A stretch of 64,000 bases of DNA from an uncultured bacterium (GTDB lineage: Bacteria; Actinomycetota; Coriobacteriia; Coriobacteriales; Coriobacteriaceae): positions 405 to 64,404 of the forward strand of contig CAJMNK010000002.1 in the NCBI GenBank assembly GCA_905214905.1, read 5' to 3'. Positions 57,162-64,000 of this stretch are shown one piece after another (the first letter of the stretch is position 1; each line of letters opens with the position of its first letter). Both the position numbers and the translations under genes were made by a program. The notes under the pieces were generated by a model. That model did no database searches and had not been told where the DNA came from. It saw only the letters and a list, made by a program, of their open reading frames with translations.

Positions 57162-57932
57162 ATGAAGATTGGATTTGTCGGTTTTGGCAATATGGCGAGC
57201 GCTATGGCCGATGGCTGGATCGCTGCCGGTGTAGCTGCGAGCGACATGTGCGCCTGCGCGGGTCGCTACGACGCACTGGTTGAGCGCTGCGAGGCGCGCG
57301 GCATGGTCGCCTGCCACGATGCCGCCGAGGTTGTCGCCGCATCCGATATCGTGGTCGCTGCGGTCAAACCGTACATGATCGAGAAGGTATTCGCCCCGCT
57401 CAAGGATGCTCTTGCCAAAAAGGTCGTTCTGTCGGTTGCCTGGACTTGGGACAGTGCCAAGTGGGAGCAGGTCCTGCCGGGCGTCGCGCACATCTCGACG
57501 GTGCCCAACACGCCGGTTTCGGTGGGAGAGGGCGTTATCGCCTGCGAGAAGTCCTCTACGCTCAACAGCGAGCAGCGTGCTGTGGTGCTCGACCTGCTCG
57601 GTAAGCTTGGCGCTGTCGTCGAGCTCGACACAAGCCTGCTGTTTGTGGGCGGCACGGTGGGTGGTTGCGCTCCGGCGTTTGTCGCCATGGCAATCGAGGC
57701 CCTGGGCGATGCGGCGGTCAAGCACGGTATCCCGCGTGCGGATGCTTATCTCATTGTGAGCCAGATGGTGCTGGGTACGGCAAAGCTGCAGCTTGCAACT
57801 GGCCAGCATCCTGCGGAGATGAAGGATGCCGTGTGCTCGCCCGGCGGTGCCACCATCAAGGGCGTCGTTGCGCTCGAGGACGCCGGCATGCGCAGCGCCC
57901 TAGTCAAGGCAATCGACGCAACCCTCCAGTAA
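57162..57932 (+). CDS. proC: Pyrroline-5-carboxylate reductase
   Basis: IGFVGFGNMA, AVKP, PNTP, GCAPAF, VCSPGGATI. Confidence 0.95.
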   Translation: MKIGFVGFGNMASAMADGWIAAGVAASDMCACAGRYDALVERCEARGMVACHDAAEVVAASDIVVAAVKPYMIEKVFAPLKDALAKKVVLSVAWTWDSAKWEQVLPGVAHISTVPNTPVSVGEGVIACEKSSTLNSEQRAVVLDLLGKLGAVVELDTSLLFVGGTVGGCAPAFVAMAIEALGDAAVKHGIPRADAYLIVSQMVLGTAKLQLATGQHPAEMKDAVCSPGGATIKGVVALEDAGMRSALVKAIDATLQ

Positions 57933-58091
57933 AACCGACCAAAAAGGGACAGGTTTATGTTGGCAGGTTTTTCCTGCGGTTTTGTCCTTTTAGCGAAAAG
58001 TGCCCCGCAACTGGCTCAATTCCAGTTGCGGGGCACTTGCGTTTGCCCAGATAAAACCGACCAAAATAAACCTGTCCCTTTTTGGCAGGTT
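57930..58091. repeat. Nested palindromic REP-like element between convergent genes
   Basis: Perfect 20-bp outer IR (57939-57958 / 58066-58085) and a 17-bp inner hairpin (57998-58038). Confidence 0.8.
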
Positions 58092-58263
58092 AGTCCCAGA
58101 AGCTGTCTTCTTCGTCCTCGGACTTGGGGCCGCGGTCGACATACATCTTATGGGTGCGCTTCTCCATTACAAAGGCAATAATCGCAAACAGCAGGATGCC
58201 GCCGGCGAAAAGGATGGCAAAACCGGTGCGGGTGCCAAACAAAAAGGAAAAAACTGCGTCCAT
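58090..58263 (-). CDS. Small single-TM membrane protein (57 aa)
   Basis: MDAVFSFLFGTRTGFAILFAGGILLFAIIAFVMEKRTHKMYVDRGPKSEDEEDSFWD*, with AGAAGG upstream. Below the ORF-track length cutoff. Confidence 0.75.
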   Translation of the reverse strand: MDAVFSFLFGTRTGFAILFAGGILLFAIIAFVMEKRTHKMYVDRGPKSEDEEDSFWD

Positions 58264-58374
58264 TGGGTGCCTTCTTGCGTAGTTGAGTTGGGTCGTAAAC
58301 GCTCATAAGTATATACTTGCCCATACATGTACAAGGTTGCAACCTAAATGGAATGTATATCGCCGGAGGATCTA

Positions 58375-59658
58375 ATGCTTGATATCAAGTTTGTTCGCGA
58401 GAACCCCGATGCCATCGATGTCGCCATGGCTAACCGCCAGACGTCTTGGGATCGCGAGAAGTTCTTTGAGCTCGACGACGAGCGTCGTGCCGTCATCACC
58501 GAGGTCGAGGAACTTCAAGCCACGCGCAATGCCGAGTCCAAGAAGATCGGCGCCCTGATGAAGGAGGGCAAGAAGGACGAGGCCGAGGCCGCCAAAGAGG
58601 CCGTGCGCGCCGTCAACGAGAAGATTGACGGTCTGGCCGAGCGCCGCACCGACCTCGAGCAGGAGCAGTACGACTTCATGGCTCACCTGCCCAACATTCC
58701 TTGCGAGGCCACGCCGTACGGCAAGGACGAGGACGAGAACATCGAGCGCCGTCGTTGGGGCACCCCGCGCGAGTTCGACTTCGACTTTAAGCCGCACTGG
58801 GATCTGGGCATCGACCTCGACATCCTTGACTTCGAGCGCGGCAACAAGCTCTCCGGCAGCCGCTTCACCGTTCTCGGTGGCGCCGGCGCCCGTCTTGAGC
58901 GCGCCCTCATCAACTTCTTCCTCGATACGCACACCAGCCGTGGCTTCAAGGAGTGGTGGCCGCCCATCGTCGTCAAGCGTCAGACCATGTTCGGCACGGG
59001 CCAGCTGCCCAAGTTCGAGGACGACGCCTATCACGTCTCGGGCGACAACTTCCTGATCCCCACCGCCGAGGTCGTGCTCACCAACCTGCACGCCGGTGAG
59101 GTCCTCGACGCCGATACCCTGCCGCGCCGCTACACCGCCTTCACCCCCTGCTTCCGCGAGGAGGCCGGCTCCGCTGGTCGCGATACCCGCGGCATCATTC
59201 GCCAGCACGAGTTCGACAAGGTCGAGATGGTCAAGTTTGCCAAGCCGGAGGAGTCCGACAAGGAGCTCGAGAGCATGACCGCCGAGGCCGAGTTCCTGCT
59301 GCAGCAGCTGGGTCTTCCGTATCGCGTGATTAGCCTGTGCACCGGCGACCTGGGCTTCTCTGCCCGTCAGACCTACGACGTCGAGGTCTGGCTGCCGAGC
59401 TACAACGCCTACAAGGAGATCAGCTCCTGCTCCAACTGCGGTGACTTCCAGGCCCGTCGCGCCAACATCAAGTATCGCGACCCCGAGAACTTCAAGGGTT
59501 CGCGCTATCTGCACACCCTCAACGGTTCCGGTCTGCCGGCTGGCCGTACCATGGCAGCCATTCTGGAGAACTACCAGAACGCTGACGGCACCATCACGAT
59601 CCCCGAGGTTCTGCGTCCCTACATGGGCGGCCTCGAGAAGATCGAGCCGGTCGCGTAG
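58375..59658 (+). CDS. serS: Serine--tRNA ligase
   Basis: [45 protein letters not shown]. Terminator at 59682-59710. Confidence 0.98.
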   Translation: MLDIKFVRENPDAIDVAMANRQTSWDREKFFELDDERRAVITEVEELQATRNAESKKIGALMKEGKKDEAEAAKEAVRAVNEKIDGLAERRTDLEQEQYDFMAHLPNIPCEATPYGKDEDENIERRRWGTPREFDFDFKPHWDLGIDLDILDFERGNKLSGSRFTVLGGAGARLERALINFFLDTHTSRGFKEWWPPIVVKRQTMFGTGQLPKFEDDAYHVSGDNFLIPTAEVVLTNLHAGEVLDADTLPRRYTAFTPCFREEAGSAGRDTRGIIRQHEFDKVEMVKFAKPEESDKELESMTAEAEFLLQQLGLPYRVISLCTGDLGFSARQTYDVEVWLPSYNAYKEISSCSNCGDFQARRANIKYRDPENFKGSRYLHTLNGSGLPAGRTMAAILENYQNADGTITIPEVLRPYMGGLEKIEPVA

Positions 59659-59756
59659 ATTGGCTGCATAAGCGATTTGCTAGGGCACTCCTTTTTGGGG
59701 TGCCCTTTTTGTGTGCGGCCATACCATGCTGTGCGGACAGCTCAATAGAAAACACA

Positions 59757-59770
59757 CGAACAACTGTTCT
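59757..59770. promoter_or_regulatory. Gram-positive-type LexA (SOS) box
   Basis: CGAAC-AACT-GTTCT matches GAAC-N4-GTTC, about 60 bp upstream of the 59830 ORF. Confidence 0.6.
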
Positions 59771-59829
59771 GTATACAGCCATCTACCTGCTATGCTTTTG
59801 CTAAATAAGAGCGAGAGAAAGGGGACGCG

Positions 59830-60207
59830 ATGGAGCTGTTTGATGAGCGGGTGGTTTTGTTTGAGAGCGACGAGGGCGGGGAGTACCTGCTTGTGACGTG
59901 TGAGCCGTCTGGCATGGGTGGCCTGGTGGTTCGACAGACGAGCGAGGGTCCGTTGACCCAATGGTGCTACGAGGAGTCGCCGCATGTGGTTGAGACGTTT
60001 GTGGCGCACGAGGGGCTTGTGGCCCTGGAGCATTTCTATGGGGTCCGGACATCTAACCAGGTTGCTCGCATGTTGAGTATCTCGTTTGCCGATTATGATT
60101 GTGCCCAGCGGGTGAGATCGCTCCTGAGGGAACTTGATGCTAAGTTTGACGTGATCGAAAAGCCAATCGATCGTACGGGGAACGACGGTATATGCGGAGC
60201 AGCATGA
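59830..60207 (+). CDS. Hypothetical protein (125 aa)
   Basis: AAAGGGGA RBS; fills the serS-tRNA gap; no recognised motif. Confidence 0.7.
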   Translation: MELFDERVVLFESDEGGEYLLVTCEPSGMGGLVVRQTSEGPLTQWCYEESPHVVETFVAHEGLVALEHFYGVRTSNQVARMLSISFADYDCAQRVRSLLRELDAKFDVIEKPIDRTGNDGICGAA

Positions 60208-60284
60208 CAAAACTGCGTTCCAAAAAAAAGTTTGAGATTGTGCTTGACTCCAATAAGCTAAAGTGGTTTTATATGTTTTGCGCT

Positions 60285-60361
60285 GCGGCGTTACCTCAGC
60301 TGGATAGAGGGTCTGACTACGAATCAGAACGTCATAGGTTCGAATCCTATACGCCGCACCA
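60285..60361 (+). tRNA. tRNA-Arg(ACG)
   Basis: GCGGCGTTACCTCAGCTGGATAGAGGGTCTGACTACGAATCAGA...GGTTCGAATCC...CGCCGCACCA. Confidence 0.96.
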
Positions 60362-60546
60362 TTTGAGATTAAAGCTCCCGGCAACGGGGGCTTTTCTTTT
60401 ACGTAAACACCGCATGGATTCGAACCTCGGTCGAGGCGCGGGCGTAAAGCGGACGATTTCCTGTCGACTCGTGTAAGATTCCGAGTAGATGTCGCGACTA
60501 ATTCGCGACCACTCCTTCTTCAAGCGACCGATCAGGGTGATACTTC

Positions 60547-62988
60547 GTGGCAGAGCGTCCGACATACAAGCTCAGGTTTCTCGATCCCAAAAAGCGCTTT
60601 CCGGCGATGCCCGAGCAGCCTGCGGGACGTTCATATGGCGTGGTCTGGAAACTCTTTGGCGAGGATCAGCATGAATCTTGCTATGTCGTCGAATTCGTTG
60701 GCAAAAGCCATGTGTCGCTTTTGGGCTACGTAAGCGTTTCGGGCGAGGTGTACAAGGTGGACCGCCCCGTTAGCGAGACTCCGCTGCCCAACGATCCCGA
60801 CATGGAACTGGTCCTTGACGAGTCGGACTCCGGTATTGGTGAGATTGTGGTTCGGGGAGCCAACGGCACAATGCGCGCGTGCGCGCGAACCGTCGGCTCT
60901 CCCGAAGGCCCCATGCGCGAGCAGTCCGACCACGAGACATGGAATTCGACCCGCTCCCTTCCTTACGGCGAGTTCATGGCATCGATGTTCCTGCGCTACG
61001 TGATATTCGCTGACTCCGAAAATGCCATTGCGAGCACGGCGGACGCCGGCGGACTCGACGAGGGTATGCAAAATGTTATCGACAAGATCAAGCTCGTAAA
61101 GTTGCCCGAGCCGGTCGAGGTGTTTTTGGGCTTTAACACGGCACCGCTCCCTGATGCTATCGAGACGCTGCTTTACCGCGTTGACCATGCCGAGAATCCG
61201 AGCGGTATCGAGCGCTATGCCGCCGCCCTTATGAGTGAAATTGACTTGCCCCGCTTGCGCACCATCGCCGCTAAGTCCGAGATGAGCCTGGCTCGCATCG
61301 ATCGCTCAAAGCTTTTCTATCTCAATTTTGATCGCAGCCTGCTGGACCAGGACGAGATTGACATGCTGCTTGCCATCGAGTGCCGTCTTAACCGTCTCTC
61401 CGGCATCCTTGAGCACATCGGGGCCGGATTGGTCCCTGCGGCATCCTCGCCGAGCCTTGAGGGCTGCGCGCTCTTTGATGCGTGGCATATCGCCAAGACG
61501 ACCAACGATGTTCCCCGACTGCTCGATACGGCCTCGAGCGATAACCCGTGGGGCAAACCGGGTACGGTGGCTTGCCAGCCGGGCGGTGAGTGGGATGTGC
61601 GTACCCGCTTCGCGCGTATTGTCGAGGCACTTAACGTGGTCACGCGGCTCGACTATACCTATCGGGCAAACGTTGCCGAGGGGATCATGCTCGTTCGGTT
61701 TGGGCAGTCTGTCGTTGATGCTATGCCACAACGTGAATACGACGCTCAAGATGACGCCTGGCGCGAGTTGGACGAGGACACGCGCGCGATCTGGGCCGCG
61801 GAGCACGATGCGCGCATTGCGCTTACACTCACGGCGGCTTGCTTTGCTTCGGGTGCTCGCATCACGCGCTGCTACGTGCAGATTGCGGCTCCCGACGGCG
61901 AGCAGGGCGAGCGCGTTGTTGAAACGTATTCCTTTGGCCGTGCGGCTTATCTGGCCGATTGCGTTTCTGTCGCCAAGGATCTTGAGAGCATGGATATGGA
62001 CGACATGCCCTGCAAGCATTTGCTCGAGGCATATGAGGCGGATGCGCCGGACATGATTGAGCCTGCAGAGGTTCACGCCCGACCACGCGATGACCATCGT
62101 CCATTGCCGCCTGCGCTTCGCGATTTACTGCTCGCTGATACGGCTGACGAGCTTGAGGTCATGGAGGAGGACAACGATCCGTATGTCGCCCGTGTCGTCG
62201 AGCTGCGCGAGCAATCCAAAGTTGACCGAGCCGGTGCTTTCGAGGGCTTTTCTCGCCTTGTCGAGGAGTTGGAAGCCAAGTGTACTGTTGCTGAGCTTTT
62301 GGCGACGGGCCCGGTGCAGACCCAGTTCTGCGACAACCAGCTGGTGCGCATGGTGCTGCCGGTGATGGAGGAGGACCGTTCCGTGCGAATCCTTCGCGCT
62401 CCCGATGCGCTGTATTTTGCCCAGCACGAGATTTGCAGCTTTTACGTCGAACAAGAGGACTTTGAGCGTGCGCTGCCCGAGGTGCGTCGTCTCTACGATT
62501 TGGCGCGCTCGTCCATGCAGTCTCACTTTGCCCTGATCAACGTGCTAGCACGCCTGGAGCGCTATGACGAGATTATCGAGGTGGCGCGCCACGGCCTGCG
62601 TATTGCCAGCGACCGGCCTTCGATCGGTTACCTGTTCTATCGCCTGGCATTCGCCTACTGGAACTGCGACCAGCTCGAGCTGGCGCTGGCATGCTACCGC
62701 CTGGTGCCGCGCGGCGAGGAGTCGGGCGGCAGCGCGCAGGAGGAAATGCAGGGCCTTATGAACGAGATGGGCGTCATCAAACCGCCCACATTTGAGGAGG
62801 CTGTCGAGACCATCCACAAGGCAGGTCTTGAGCTGCCACCGGTACCCGCCGTGACCAATCAGCTCGCGGATTCCGCCGTGCAACTCGTCGATAACGGCTT
62901 CTTTTTCTTGGCGCGCGGCTGCATCTATCAAATGTGGCGCACCATGGGCAACGATGAGCTCGGCTCCCTCAACCGCTCGCTGGGGTAG
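60547..62988 (+). CDS. Hypothetical protein with C-terminal TPR-like helical repeats
   Basis: 813-aa ORF. The C-terminus has TPR-like patterns (LARLERYDEIIEVARHGL, YRLAFAYW...LALACY). Confidence 0.7.
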   Translation: MAERPTYKLRFLDPKKRFPAMPEQPAGRSYGVVWKLFGEDQHESCYVVEFVGKSHVSLLGYVSVSGEVYKVDRPVSETPLPNDPDMELVLDESDSGIGEIVVRGANGTMRACARTVGSPEGPMREQSDHETWNSTRSLPYGEFMASMFLRYVIFADSENAIASTADAGGLDEGMQNVIDKIKLVKLPEPVEVFLGFNTAPLPDAIETLLYRVDHAENPSGIERYAAALMSEIDLPRLRTIAAKSEMSLARIDRSKLFYLNFDRSLLDQDEIDMLLAIECRLNRLSGILEHIGAGLVPAASSPSLEGCALFDAWHIAKTTNDVPRLLDTASSDNPWGKPGTVACQPGGEWDVRTRFARIVEALNVVTRLDYTYRANVAEGIMLVRFGQSVVDAMPQREYDAQDDAWRELDEDTRAIWAAEHDARIALTLTAACFASGARITRCYVQIAAPDGEQGERVVETYSFGRAAYLADCVSVAKDLESMDMDDMPCKHLLEAYEADAPDMIEPAEVHARPRDDHRPLPPALRDLLLADTADELEVMEEDNDPYVARVVELREQSKVDRAGAFEGFSRLVEELEAKCTVAELLATGPVQTQFCDNQLVRMVLPVMEEDRSVRILRAPDALYFAQHEICSFYVEQEDFERALPEVRRLYDLARSSMQSHFALINVLARLERYDEIIEVARHGLRIASDRPSIGYLFYRLAFAYWNCDQLELALACYRLVPRGEESGGSAQEEMQGLMNEMGVIKPPTFEEAVETIHKAGLELPPVPAVTNQLADSAVQLVDNGFFFLARGCIYQMWRTMGNDELGSLNRSLG

Positions 62989-63079
62989 GCGAAGCTTGCA
63001 AGGAGGAGAGGCTGCTGGGCAATTTGAAAATCCCACTTGCCCATCCTCGACTGTTTGGTTACTATAGAACGGCTGTTAC

Positions 63080-63170
63080 GGAGAGCTGACCGAGAGGCCG
63101 AAGGTGCTCGCCTGCTAAGCGAGTATGCCCCAAAAGGGCATCTGGGGTTCGAATCCCCAGCTCTCCGCCA
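63080..63170 (+). tRNA. tRNA-Ser(GCT)
   Basis: GGAGAGCTGACCGAGAGGCCGAAGGTGCTCGCCTGCTAAGCGAG...GGTTCGAATCCCCAGCTCTCCGCCA. Terminator at 63185-63210. Confidence 0.97.
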
Positions 63171-63300
63171 GTATGACTTTAAAGAAGGGTTCCGAAAGGG
63201 ACCCTTTTTTAGTTGATCCACGTTAGCTGGGGATTCGAACCTCAAAAAATGAGGCGCCCCGTTGGACGCCTCATTTGGTTCGATGTGATATCGCTCCGGC

Positions 63301-64000
63301 CTACACCTCGGGAGCCTTGGCTACGGTCTCGCTCTCGGCTGTGAGCGGGCGGTTGTCGATGCGGCGGCCCAGGCGGTCGAGCTTCACGAGCAGCCACTCG
63401 ATGGGATTGGGCCCCGTTCCTTCCTCGTCGGCAACCAGGTCCATGACGGCAATCTTGGTGCCGTCCTGCTTAAGCGTAACGCTGCCCACCTTATCGCCAA
63501 CATGCACCGTGCCCGAAAGGTCATCGTAGCTAACCTTTTCGGTCACTTCGCCGGCGAGTGAGAAGACCGTTGCCTGTGCGGCGGGGTCGGCGAGCGTGGC
63601 GTCGATCGTCTTGTCCGTCCAATCTGTCTGGCTAATGCGCGCCATGAGCGGGTTGCCGTTGGCGGTCTTCTCCTGCGTGTTGGCGATCGCGACCGTGACC
63701 TTGTGGCCGTAGTACCAGTTGGCAAGGGTGGCGGTATCGGTAAAGCGCTGGTCGGTGGTGGTGGAGTTCAAAATAACGGTGTAGATCTCGTCGCCGTCGC
63801 GGTTGTAGGCGCTCGTAAAGCAATAGCCTGCGTCGTCGGTGGTGCCGGTCTTGCCGCCAATGTTTCCGTCCTGACCGAGCAAAACGTTGTGCGTGTCCAT
63901 GGAATGCGAATGGTCTGAGCCGTCGGCGCCCGTAACCTCGATCCAGGAGTCCTCGCTCGCCACGACCTCGCGGAACGTGTCGTTTTTCATAGCCTCCTGC
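63301..64000 (-). CDS. D-alanyl-D-alanine carboxypeptidase (S11), 5' part outside the window
   Basis: THNVLL and GGKTGTT..AGYC (KTG motif); the ORF continues past the right edge. Confidence 0.8.
   Translation of the reverse strand, partial: QEAMKNDTFREVVASEDSWIEVTGADGSDHSHSMDTHNVLLGQDGNIGGKTGTTDDAGYCFTSAYNRDGDEIYTVILNSTTTDQRFTDTATLANWYYGHKVTVAIANTQEKTANGNPLMARISQTDWTDKTIDATLADPAAQATVFSLAGEVTEKVSYDDLSGTVHVGDKVGSVTLKQDGTKIAVMDLVADEEGTGPNPIEWLLVKLDRLGRRIDNRPLTAESETVAKAPEV

Overview
GC-rich chromosomal window. Gene content and style suggest a Coriobacteriia (Collinsella-like) gut actinobacterium; this is inference. The backbone is housekeeping: nrdD (partial), glmM, an M32 carboxypeptidase, T-box-pheS-pheT, a Ni/Co ECF transporter, pyk, a P-type ATPase, rsgA, rsmI-metG-rsmA-tatD, rlmH, proC, serS, a partial D-Ala-D-Ala carboxypeptidase and five tRNAs (Val-GAC, Phe-GAA, Leu-CAG, Arg-ACG, Ser-GCT). 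Three accessory blocks stand out. (1) A tight 8-gene operon at 3120-12174 encodes four paralogous proteins with SipW-class (TasA/camelysin-like) T[YF]AW[FY] signal peptides and two SipW-type signal peptidases. Between the peptidases lie a membrane-anchored McrB-family AAA+ NTPase and a DUF2357/McrC-N-like partner whose nuclease is replaced by a long hendecad coiled coil. This is the best candidate for an undescribed system. (2) A Tad/Flp pilus locus followed by a type II TA pair. (3) A 4.16-kb IS1595-family element with 25-bp TIRs and an 8-bp TSD, carrying a fused restriction-modification gene and an orphan RelB, inserted just downstream of tRNA-Leu. Non-coding signals include tandem NrdR boxes, a NikR-like operator, a LexA box, a candidate two-state RNA switch before the P-type ATPase, several long palindromic intergenic elements, and antisense T-arm copies downstream of three tRNAs. 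No CRISPR array was seen.
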